A stretch of 64,000 nucleotides of DNA, taken from the NCBI GenBank assembly GCA_949358305.1, contig OX442314.1:29078001-29142000 (forward strand), given 5' to 3'. How positions within the stretch are numbered: position 1 is the first letter of the stretch; every line of letters begins with the position of its first letter. This DNA comes from Strigamia acuminata (taxonomy: Eukaryota). The notes under the pieces are model-generated. The model was not told the DNA's origin and did not search any database. It saw nothing but the letters and a program-made list of their open reading frames with translations. Below, piece by piece: positions 49,049 to 59,678 of this stretch. The translations under genes were made by a program, and so were the position numbers.

Positions 49049-52000
49049 TCAAGATTGGATAATTTTATTTTGAGTATCATATAAATATTTCTTGAAATGA
49101 AGACTAATTTTAACACTACTCTGACTTCCATCGGCTTTGCCAGTCCCTTTCTCCTTCCCTTTCTTCTTCAATCCGCCTAGAAGTAAAATAGTTTCCTCCG
49201 CCAAACCCGCTAGAAAAAAACAAACCAAAAATACTCAACAATAAATTATCAACACGGTCAACTCCAATGACATAGCAACCGGAAATACTGCAGTGCTTGC
49301 GGTTGACTACCGTCTTCACCCAAAAATAAGACCCTGGTGTTGTATTCGAATACAACAGCATGGTGTTATATTCAGCCAATATCATGTAAGTTTGTCAAAA
49401 AAGTAAAATTGTTATTTACTCTATTAATTTGTATTCATTACGCTGATTAAAAAAACAAAAAATAAAAATAAATTAAAAAAAACAACAATCTACTGTACGT
49501 TTTAAATATTTTATAAAGGGTGTCCCAAAATTAACGCAAGATTTAAATTTGCCGCCATTTGTGCAGTAAATTGTTGGCAACCCTGAAAAAAACGATTTGA
49601 CAGCTGATAGTTTAGAGTTAGTAAAAATAGAGCGTTACACAGTTCTTTCTGCCGAAATTGGATGATATTTATGTGGCCAATATGTGGTTTTAACAAGACG
49701 GAGCCACATGCCATACAGCTCGTGAAACAATTCAATTACTGCATGAGACATTTCCAGGTCGTGTACTCTCTCGTTTCGGTGATCAGAATTGCCAGCAAAA
49801 CCGTGGAGGCCATTTGCCCGATGTGTTATTCCGTAAATAACCCTATCCTATGTACTTTATGATTCAATAAAAAAAATAACAATCTAAAGACTAAAAACTG
49901 CGTTTTCTATTTAATTCAAATCTTGCGTTAATTTTGGGACACCCTTTACAAATCTGAATATAACACCGTGGGGGGTATATTCGAAGACGGTAGGGCCCAC
50001 GAGTCTCTAGGAGGCCTATGGAAGATGATAATATATATACATCACACCAAGTACCGAAAATCCTAGCTACCCAACCCAACTTGCACATGACCCCTTTGAC
50101 TCCTTGCTACGCCACTGGTGAACTCTCAACTCCCTTCACCTGGTATCCTAATCTTGATTTTCCCGCTTTGTCCGAAACCTCCTTCTATGACCCCGTCTTC
50201 GCCGCTCGACAACTTAACCTTCAGACCAACGAAGACAGCCAGACTAGTCTCCTTCTTCAACAGTCCTCTTCCGATCACCTCGTACTCGTTGACCAGCCGA
50301 TCGACAAACCCTTCCTTGCACTTCGTTTTGAACACTTTGAGTTGAGGCAGAGCCGAAGCGACGTAATTTTTGTCTTCGAACCAATGCAACAACCGGCCCT
50401 TGAACGCCAGTCTGCAGGCATTCAAGTGTATGTCCGTGTCCAGCCGCGAACCAATGACCAAACTCAACGCCACGGCCGAAATTGGTCTTTCGAACTCCAT
50501 AAGGGCGAAGGCGTGATGCGTCTTGTCGGCTTCGCTGGGTTTGTCGGCGAGGATTTGTTCCGTGTAGGAATATTCGTTTTTGAAGGCGAAGGTTTGTTCG
50601 GTGGATCCGAAGAGGTTGAGTTTGGCCATGACTGTCTCGTGGCCGAGAGTTATGTGGAATTTTGATTTGGTTGTGATTGGGCCTTTGAAGTAGGAAATGC
50701 GGTCGATGGAGATGATGGCGGCGTACATGGTTTCGAGCGTGTTGGGAGTGCAGACTAAACCACGTTCTAGTTGTTTAGGATCGAATTGGGTTACGCAGAT
50801 GCCGAGTCTGTCGCCCTGGAAATGATAGTTTGGTTTTGTATTTTGGTTTTGGTTTGATTTTTTGGTTGATTTGTGGGTTGCAAAGTGAGTGAGGTTAAAT
50901 TTTGGGGTTGTTTCAGGTTCTGTGAATTCAAAAGTGGATTGGAATAACAAAGATATATTTGTACCCCATTTTAGGCTAACCGATTCAAACGGAAACAAGA
51001 TATTTAATTATTTTCTCAATAAACTCAATTTTTTCGCATAAAATTTAATTTTTTCGCATAAAATTTAATTTTTTCGCATAAAATTTAATTTTTTCGCATA
51101 AAATTCAATTTTTTCGCATAAAATTCAAATTTTTCGCATAAAATTCAATTTTTTCGCATAAAATTCAATTTTTTCTTATAAAATTCAATTTTTTCTTATA
51201 AAATTCAATTTTTTCGCATAAAATTCAATTTTTTTCGCATAAAATTCAATTTTTTCTTATAAAATTCAATTTTTTCCTCATAAAATTCAATTTTTTTCTC
51301 ATAAAATTCAATTTTTTTCTTTTAAAATTCAATTTTTTCTCAATAAATTCAATTTTTTCTCAATAAATTCAATTTTTTCTTAATAAATTCAATTTTTCTC
51401 ATTAAATTCAAATTTTTCTCATTGAATTCAAATTTTTCTCATTAAATTCAATTTTTTCTCATCAAATTCAATTTTTTCCCATCAAATTCAATCAATCACT
51501 CATTCATAATTTCAAACAATCAACCTGCATTGCTCGATCCACCGGCTGATGAAACATCTGCATTGATTTCACCTTTCGAGTGATTTTCATACTCGATATC
51601 TCAACCGTCTGCAACACAAAAAAAAAATAAACAACCAACCAACCACAAACACAACCCACACTCACATCCCCAATTTGAACCTTCCCCGACGTTATCGTTC
51701 CCGTCATAACAGTCCCTTGACCACGAATCGAAAAACAATGATCTACAGCAAAAACAAACGGCCCCTCGTCCCTCCGCTCCGGCAAATAAACCGATTGCTT
51801 AAACTCCTCCACTAACTCCGCAATTCCAATCGCCGTTTCACTTTCCGGTGCATCCGGACCCCCAGGTTTAGCCGCAACCGGTATAATATTCGCATTAGCA
51901 AACTTCGTTTTCTCTAAAACCTTCCTCAACTTTTTTGTCATCTGAAAAACATCAAAAAATTAACAAAAGAATTTTCTAAAAAAAATCCAAAAAAAATTTT

Positions 52001-52521
52001 AACCTTCGCTATCCCACTCTCCCTCTCTTTGGGAGGTATTAAGTCGATTTTATTCAAAATAATTATCATTTTTCCGCACGTAATTTCGCCTAAAACGAGA
52101 CATTCGGCCGTTTGCGTTTGAATTCCTTTGGTAATGTCCACAACGAGCATCATCAGGTCGATAATTTGGGCCCCTGAAAGTGAAATTGATGTAATATTAA
52201 AATTTGGAATAATGTTTGGTTTTTTTTCTCGTTTATACGACCTCCAATGATCGTTCGGATGAGCGAAGCGTGGCCGGGACAATCGACCAAAGTGACTTGC
52301 AGCTCGTCGTATTTGGTGTCTTTCAATTGATCCGGGAGCGAAGTTCGGAACGAGGAAAACCCGAGATCGAGCGTTATTCCTCTTTCTTTACTCTGTGGAT
52401 TTTTGTCAAAACACGCCGTGCTGGCTGTCGTGCTCAAAACTTTGGCCAGAGCCGTTTTACCCGAGTCAATGTGGCCCAAAACTCCAACATTAAAGTTCAA
52501 AACGGACGATTTGGAGGCCAT
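49049..52521 (-). CDS. EEFSEC: Selenocysteine-specific elongation factor, ~548 aa
   Basis: Exons 52521-52242, 52173-52004, 51941-51666, 51608-51525, 50815-50140, 49209-49049. Motifs LNFNVGVLGHIDSGKT, FDKNPQSKERGITLDLGFS, DCPGHASLIRTIIGGAQIID, NKID, DHCFSIRGQGTVMTGT, CRLAF, FGQSGK, and C-terminal LHFKKYLYD. Confidence 0.97.
49516..49946 (+). mobile_element. Internally deleted Tc1/mariner-superfamily element, copy 2 (in the last EEFSEC intron)
   Basis: Same TIRs, TA TSD and deletion structure as 46878-47302, in the opposite orientation. Confidence 0.9.
51020..51495. repeat. 20-21-bp intronic minisatellite (AAATTCAATTTTTTCGCATA)n
   Basis: About 22 tandem units in EEFSEC intron 4. Confidence 0.95.
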
Positions 52522-52742
52522 GTTGATCAGTGGGCCGCGGCATCTAGTGGCGGTTTCATGTACAAAATGAGAATAGTGACGTCGATGCTTATATCACACT
52601 TACGTGCTAATGCGATAAAATTGACGTCATTATATGTGGAACAAGTTCGATTAGATCTTCCAAGTTTGAAAAGTATCACTTTTTTATTACAATTACAAAA
52701 AATAATTTAAATTACATTCGCATTTTCATAGAGAAAACAAAA

Positions 52743-54439
52743 TTACACTTTAGGTGGCAATGGAAGTTTCGCGAGAGCTACATCGGGCGTATTTTCGACA
52801 TTGAAATTCGGGTGCCATCGAACCAATTGCTCCCTGTCGACCGTGATTGGCGGATTTAAGTTTTGAAGGAATATGTGGTGGTGTTGTTTGACTCTACTCA
52901 TAAGTTGCGCTTCGAATAGATTTTTCCTATTGGTCAATAATGCATCACGAATGTGGTTGTTTTCTAAAATGGAAAAAATGATAAATTTTACTGTTAAAAA
53001 GTTGATTTTTGTGCATTAATTTACCATTTTGAGGTATAGATGGTGTAATGAGCAAATAATATGATTGTTTTTCTCCGTTTTTGGGCGTAACAGCGCTGGT
53101 TTTCTTTTGGCTGAGATTGTAAGCTTCCGGATAAACCGCTACGATTTGGGCCAGCCGGCGCAGATCAAAATTCCTAAATGAAAAAACTGTTTATTAAGTT
53201 AAAGTGACAAAGTTATTATTTGCGCCACAGCAAAAGTGGTGATTTTGGTCGTAAAAGTGCACTTGCAAAAATGTATTTTGCATTTAAAATGCATTTTTGC
53301 AACGAATAAATGCATTTTGCATTTAAAATGCATTTTTTGCAACGATTAAATGCATTTTTGCAACGAATAAATGCATTTTTGAAACTAATAAATGCATCTT
53401 TGCAACGAATAAATGCATTTTTGCAACGAATAAATGCATTTTTGCAACGAATAAATGCATTTTTGCAACGAATAAATGCATTTTTGCAACGAATAAATGC
53501 ATTTTTGCAACGAATAAATGCATTTTTGCAACGAATAAATGCATTTTTGCAACGAATAAATGCTCTTTTGAAACTAATAAATGCATTTTCGCAACTGATA
53601 AATACATTTTTGCATCGAAAAAGCATTTTTTCAACAGATAAATGCATTTTTTTTCCAGAAATTTAATTTTTTGCATAAAAAATATCCATTTTCTCACATT
53701 ATAATGCAACTAAACACCTTAAAATAGATTTTCAACACAAAAAAATTGGAATTTTTACCAAAAATGTCAAATTCTGTACCAAAAACTGCATTTTTAAAAT
53801 TTACATTGTGCACAAACCACCAAATCATCCTGCTACAGCAACAACCACAATCAACAACCACAATTCAACCTCTTCGTCTTTAGTTGAACCTCCGCTTGAA
53901 CCTTCGCAAACGTGCACACCTCACGACGATTATGCAACATCCCAACGGCGCTGTCCATCGAGCAAAACAACGCACCTAACACCTTATACTTATAAGGAAG
54001 TGTTAATAATGGCAAATCACATTCCGTTGATGGGTGATAAATACTGTCAATAGCCGGCAATTTCCTACACGTTTCTAATTCGACCTGCCAAATAAATCAA
54101 ACAAAATAATTACGATTTAAAAATCCACACAAAAATTGATGTTACCAATGGTTCCATCGGTGGCAACGCCGCCATCCTGGTCAGAATTTCGACCCTGACG
54201 GTGTCCGATAATTTTTTGGACACATATTTCGACCGATCCATGCGCGGCCTCTTAAATTTGGGTTTTCTCATTAAAATCTCATTGAAATCGAGCGGACATT
54301 TTGTTTTTTTCGGAGTAGTGTTATCCGCGTCGCGCGATTCGCGCTGACACTTCATTTTCTCGTTCTTTCTTCCTGTCAACGTTGGTTTCTTCGCGCGGAA
54401 ATAATCAGTCAATAAACTTTGGTCTTTAGACGAAGCCAT
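52743..54439 (-). CDS. CDT1: CDT1-like protein, C-terminally truncated (~292 aa)
   Basis: Exons 54439-54146, 54084-53870, 53173-53025, 52963-52743. N-terminal PIP degron QSLLTDYFRAKK. Central domain motifs LTLPYKYKVL..F.SMD...MLHNRRE..TF.KV, NFDLRRLAQI..VYP, RWHPNFNVE. Stop after LPLPPKV, with AATAAA ~55 nt downstream. Confidence 0.88.
53265..53650. repeat. 21-bp intronic minisatellite (AATAAATGCATTTTTGCAACG)n
   Basis: About 17 units in CDT1 intron 2. Confidence 0.95.
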
Positions 54440-54693
54440 TTGAAAGATTAGATGCTCGTTTACCAACCACCGTTTGTTTTAAAAATGGCGGTAAATAAAA
54501 GTCGCTCGAATCTGCCGTCAGAGTGATCCACCGCCCAAAGATTATCAATTCGACGTGGAAATCTCGATGAAATCTGACGTCATAACGGCAAGGATTCCCC
54601 AGGAACAAGTTCCGTTCCGTTTGAACTTTTCGAGTTTGAAACACGTTATGTTTTGTTTTTATGCAGTATCGGTGATGTAAACAACCAAAAAAC
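54440..54693. promoter_or_regulatory. Bidirectional promoter between CDT1-like and RNF26-like 1
   Basis: Divergent ATGs 254 bp apart. AAAATGGCGG (YY1-like, ~54482), TGACGTCA (CRE, ~54576), TTTGAA (CHR-like, ~54635). Confidence 0.6.
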
Positions 54694-55701
54694 ATGATTA
54701 ACACGATCGTTAATTCCGTTTCAGCAATAATCCACACGGCCGTTTGCATCGCGAACTTCACGGCCGCCACACTAGCGAGAATACTCGACCTCAATTATGC
54801 GGTCGTTTCGTGCACCGTGGACCTCGTTTTATGGCTAATACCACCTTTACACACCTTAATTTCAACCATTATCAACATATCGAACTGCCTTTACGAAGAA
54901 TTCATCATTTTCTGCGAAGAATTCGGCGAATCCACCATCTGCCTCCTGCGATCGGTCAACCATTTCGTCAATTTATGGATACTCGAGTCTACATTCAACT
55001 TATTCATCATTATCGTCGCAATTCCGTCCTATTTATACTCAAAACTCATCAACATAACCTCACAGTCATGCCACGTGCTGTCCCTGACCGCAAAAACAGT
55101 CGAGGATTTCGTAGTTCTCGTTTTATCGTCGTTTGTGGGATTTTTTCAATTTATCCCGACCGCTTTGTATCTAATAATCATTGGTTTGGTCAACGTATTA
55201 AAATGGGCGGTCACGGTTCTTATATGCAGTTTGACGAGCATTTTTAGAGTCGTATTAAACATTTGTTTGGTTTTTATCAGCCCTTTGACGGCCATTTACC
55301 GAGCACTTGCGTGCGTGTCATTGAACTCGTGGCTCGGATTGGCGATCTTCGTAGGAGCGGTTTGGTTGTTTCAAAAGCACGATGTGGTAAAGTTTGGGGT
55401 GAAGTTGGGCAAGAAAGTGGTTTATTCGGCGTTGGGGACGTGCGTTTTCGTTTTGAAGACGTTTTTTACGAAGATTTTGGGATGTTTGGTGAATTTGTTC
55501 GGTGCGGACCGACGTTTCGAGGCTGTGGAGACGGAGAATCGAATGTGCATCGTGTGTGCTGATGAGGAGAAGTGCATCGCGCTTTTTCCGTGCAGACATG
55601 TGTGTTTGTGTCACAAGTGCTGGTGCGTGATTCGACGTCGGAATAATGCGTGTCCGGTTTGCAGGAGTGATGTCGAAGAAGGTGTACATGTTTTCTTGTG
55701 A
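54694..55701 (+). CDS. RNF26: RNF26-like multi-TM C-terminal RING (C3HC4) E3 ligase, 335 aa, intronless
   Basis: Long hydrophobic N-terminal region plus C-terminal RING CIVCADEEKCIALFPCRHVCLCHKC...CPVCR. AATAAA at ~55729. Confidence 0.75.
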   Translation: MINTIVNSVSAIIHTAVCIANFTAATLARILDLNYAVVSCTVDLVLWLIPPLHTLISTIINISNCLYEEFIIFCEEFGESTICLLRSVNHFVNLWILESTFNLFIIIVAIPSYLYSKLINITSQSCHVLSLTAKTVEDFVVLVLSSFVGFFQFIPTALYLIIIGLVNVLKWAVTVLICSLTSIFRVVLNICLVFISPLTAIYRALACVSLNSWLGLAIFVGAVWLFQKHDVVKFGVKLGKKVVYSALGTCVFVLKTFFTKILGCLVNLFGADRRFEAVETENRMCIVCADEEKCIALFPCRHVCLCHKCWCVIRRRNNACPVCRSDVEEGVHVFL

Positions 55702-55919
55702 TGTGAAGTGCTGGAGGAATTATTTTAGAATAAATTAGTGTAATTTATTTTTATTTAGTGGTGTTGTGTTGGGTTTGATTGGCCAATAACGTAATTATCC
55801 TATTCTGTAGATACCGATATTGTACTCAAAAATGTTGGGCGATAACGATGTGTTTTGATACAATATTACGAGTTTATACAGATGAATTTTTGCTGAAATA
55901 AACTGTTTTATTTAAATAA

Positions 55920-56110
55920 TTGAGAAAATGTTTAGAAATTTTGCATCAATTTGAGAAATTTTTGAATAATTTGGATAAATAAGAAATTTTTGAAAATTTT
56001 GGATAAATAAGAGAAATTTTTGAAAATTTTTTATAAATAAGAGAAAATTTTGAAAATTTTGGATAAATAAGAGAAATTTTGGATAATTTTGGATTAATAA
56101 GAGAATTTCA
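55920..56110. repeat. ~30-bp A/T-tract minisatellite
   Basis: AAATAAGAGAAATTTTTGAAAATTTT recurs. Confidence 0.85.
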
Positions 56111-56510
56111 AACTGTTTCGTGTACATTTTCTAATTTTCTAATTTTTACCCCGCGTGCAATTGGAGGCTCGCGGGCTAAACCCTATGCGGATGGAAATTG
56201 TAATTTGCATCCAAAATGTGTGCAAAACGTTTCATTTATCACTTTTTTAGGTAAGCCCATATTTTAAAAAAAAATTGCCTTTTATTGTTTACCCGCGGAC
56301 TACCGTTCTTACAAAATCATTTTTTCATCCACGCACAATTAAAGGCTTGCGCGCTAATGAAAATTCAATCCAGCAACGGTAGAAAACCCATCGGAGCAAA
56401 CCAAAAATCGCGTATTGTATTTGTCATCTCATAACAATCGCTACAACTTGATGACTTATCCATTCACCACCGGATGTCACTACCTGTACATCACGTGTTC
56501 CAAACCAGTT

Positions 56511-57581
56511 ATGGACGACTTAATGCAAACACTCTCTGAAATTGCCGCATTTTTCGAATCCATACCAACAGCATCGTATTCAGACGTCCTCGAATTGATC
56601 AACACCTCGATCTGGACAATGACAAACATCTACGCACAGCTTACAACCGAAGCAAGTTTTCTGCTAAATTCCACTTACCGAACACTTATTTCCCTAACGT
56701 TGATCTCGTGGATTAAAATCATCGGATTAATCCTCCTCATTCACATAATCGTGAATCCCAATATTCAGGGAAAATTCGCATATTTCGGCACCGTGTGCTG
56801 CGGTTTATGCCTGGTTTCAGACACAATTGTGGATCTTCCAGCTATAAGTTTATCATCAACCGCCATGACAAACATTTGTGCATTTATTACAAACATACCC
56901 AATTTTCTCCTGCTCGAGCCTTTATTTGCCGATTATCAAGTACTTACTTCCTTTCCACTCAAATCGTGGATTAGAAAATCTATATTTGCCGTCGTTTCAG
57001 CCATCGCCGCATTGAAAAATGCCTTCGATTGGTTGGCTGCGTTTGTGACATGCGCAGTAACCAACATATCGCTGGGCTCTTGGATCGGATTTTTGATCGT
57101 AATTTCACCTTTATTGTGGTTTAGGAAGTACAGATACGTCTACGTAGCTTGTGGTGTTCTATGCCTGAGTTCAAGACCATTTTTGGATGTTTTAGTTCAT
57201 GTTTTGACGTCGATAGGTTGCGTTTTTGAATTGATAACGGCTGTGTTGTTCGCGATCGCCATTGTCTGTTGGGTGTATCCTTCGATTGGTGTTTATCAAT
57301 TGATGACGGAGGTTTCGTCGAATGTGGGGATCGGATTGTTTGTCGTTGTTTTAATTTTAGTGTGGTGGAACTGGAGGAAATGTAAAGTTGGTAATCATTT
57401 TCCAGGAAATGCAGAGGATCAAATGTGCGTTGCATGTATGGTTGAAGTAAAAAGTATTGCACTGGATCCTTGTGGCCATGTTTGTTTCTGTGTCCAATGT
57501 TGGAATATTTATAGAGTTTACAATAACACGTGTCCGATTTGTAGGAGAGTTTATGGCAGAAGTCTACAAGTTTTCTCGTAA
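56511..57581 (+). CDS. RNF26-like paralog 2, ~356 aa, intronless
   Basis: The ATG at 56511 aligns with the start of paralog 3 (MDDLMQT / MNFLMQT). Hydrophobic body; RING CVACMVEVKSIALDPCGHVCFCVQC...CPICR. Confidence 0.85.
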   Translation: MDDLMQTLSEIAAFFESIPTASYSDVLELINTSIWTMTNIYAQLTTEASFLLNSTYRTLISLTLISWIKIIGLILLIHIIVNPNIQGKFAYFGTVCCGLCLVSDTIVDLPAISLSSTAMTNICAFITNIPNFLLLEPLFADYQVLTSFPLKSWIRKSIFAVVSAIAALKNAFDWLAAFVTCAVTNISLGSWIGFLIVISPLLWFRKYRYVYVACGVLCLSSRPFLDVLVHVLTSIGCVFELITAVLFAIAIVCWVYPSIGVYQLMTEVSSNVGIGLFVVVLILVWWNWRKCKVGNHFPGNAEDQMCVACMVEVKSIALDPCGHVCFCVQCWNIYRVYNNTCPICRRVYGRSLQVFS

Positions 57582-57744
57582 CCTAAGGAAAAGAGGACAG
57601 AAAGTTTTGTTTTGTATATTTAAAAAAAAAATTAAATATATAGTTGAATACATAATCTGTGGTTAACTTTATTTTAGTTCTAGTTTGCGATGTGAATGCA
57701 AGGTTGGGTCCTCAAGAAAGACTTGCCACAGATCACGGCTAACG

Positions 57745-58420
57745 TGTGAGTACTCGATGGACAATTTGGACATCGTGCGTTCAGGGGAGGACCACGTGTC
57801 GCTGTACTCAACCCACACTTAAAGAAATGACACAAACGATGCACTGTTTGTGACCAGCTGCCCCTGCGTGCTGATCACTTGTCTGCAATACAATGCGCTT
57901 GGCGCAGCTCACACGCCTGTGGTGGTCCTCCGCAACCAGGTGAAGCTGCGGGCTCTAGATTTACCAATCGGGCCCTGGAAGTGGTGGTCCCCATAGTGAC
58001 CCGGAGAGTTGGTCAACGGCCAGCGTGGTGAACGGTCGCATTCCGACTGTCTCTCCAGACTGACTGCGATGATGACCCGACTGATCGACGTGGTGACTGT
58101 CATCCGCCGGGACTTGAGCGTTCGTGTTAGTTGCCTCTGTCGAACGTTTCCATAAACGTTACAACGGCATGTCCGAAACAAGCAATACTAACCACGCGTG
58201 TCATGCGCCATGACGCGAGGTCTGATTAGGGATGGCTGCCATCAGCCATCACATTGGGAAATGCACCCTGAGACACCATCATACCCCTAGACAACAATTA
58301 TAAAGCTATATCATAACTAAAACTTGTTTCTCGTGTATTTCGGAGGTTTTCATCGTGTGTGTTGCGTTCAGCGCAATGTGGCCCTCCCCTGACCACGTGG
58401 CATCCGTCCGAACACTCACA
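57745..58420. mobile_element. GC-rich insertion with ~55-bp imperfect inverted termini (solo LTR or MITE)
   Basis: TGTGAGT...TCAGGGGAGGACCAC...GCTG versus CAGCGC...GTGGCCCTCCCCTGA...ACTCACA. TG..CA ends; no clear TSD. Confidence 0.55.
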
Positions 58421-59678
58421 TGTTTTAGATTATTGTACAGGTTGTCGAGGAATTAGTGCCTCTTAGTGTGCATTTCCCCGGATCGGATCGTTTAGTCGAT
58501 AGTATGCGCAAATTTCAAAATGATTAAATAAATTAACAAATAAAAAATTTTGCATACCTGAATAAAATTGGTCAATTCATTAGCAGAATGCAAATACCTG
58601 ACTAATGATGTCACTCAATCTTTATGGACATGTCATAAGTCTGCTATTAAAACACAACGTTAATGACGTCGTAAATTCTCAGCAACACAGTAAAAAAACC
58701 AAAACGTGTCACTGTACGTGCTGCAGGATATCACAGTTCTCGCAGGAGAAAGACCCTATGTGGACCCGCCAAATTCCAAAAAAAAAAAATTTTAATCAAA
58801 ATTTATTTTGGATTTTCTACAAAGGTCATAAATACGCCTCTGATTAAAATAAAAATGTAATCATAATGTATAAACTTGTAAACTTTAAGGAAATAGTTGA
58901 TAGTTTGGTATATGGTTTCACATTTACAGCGTTAGCACTTTTTTTTTTATTTCCTTCAGTTACTGCACAGTGGTGCCACCACAAGGTCAAGCTTTCCATG
59001 TTCATAATTTCATGTTCACAAATTTAAGTGGAGCACAGGAAATTCGCAGAAACAATTTATAAGTAGTGTTAAGTCTACTAAGGTATTTCAGTAGCTTTCA
59101 TACTGTATAATATTACTTTCAACAATTTGCTTGTCTAAATAGGAAAAGCTACTGTTGATTACTTTTATTTATTTGTCGTGTTTCTGCTACTCAACCTGGT
59201 GACAGATTGGTTAACCTGCTGCTAATATCTACTGTTTATATTTTATCACGCTTATGATTCATAGTGAGCATGTGATCTACGAAGTTGATCATTCTGTCTG
59301 CTGCTTTCAAATGAATAAGGTGGAACATGTTTCTCCGCGCCAAGTAAATGTTCTCTGAGGTTCATAAACCTCTATTATTTGTTAAAGCTTTTCGTCAGTG
59401 CCAACTGGACAATTAAGTAGGTAGATCAGTTGAATTGAATCATAGTCATGTGACTTATATCACACTTAATCGTTTTTTCAGCAACTGAAACTCCATCAAA
59501 ACAAAGTGCATAGAAATACAATGGCTGCAGTTACCACAGTTCAAATTGATTTGCAGAAACATATCCTCAAACTTATTATGTTTGTACCTTATAAGAGAAG
59601 GCTGCCATCTTAGTGCTGCATCAGAAACTCGCCAACAGATGTCACTACGTGTTTGTATATATGTAGCAAACCAGTGAT

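Noticed and set aside
50018..50665. 215-aa plus-strand ORF; likewise 52216-52710, 27130-27683 and 54744-55689
   Set aside because: Antisense or alternative-frame shadows of EEFSEC, EndoG-like A and RNF26-like exons.
50816..50998. N-terminal extension of the EEFSEC exon-5 ORF
   Set aside because: Intron sequence. The conserved AMQ/GDRLG junction is restored by splicing 51525 to 50815.
53025..53173. Suspected frameshift in an A-run of CDT1 exon 3
   Set aside because: Recounting gives an in-frame KNGEKQSYYLLITP, so the gene is not a frameshifted pseudogene.
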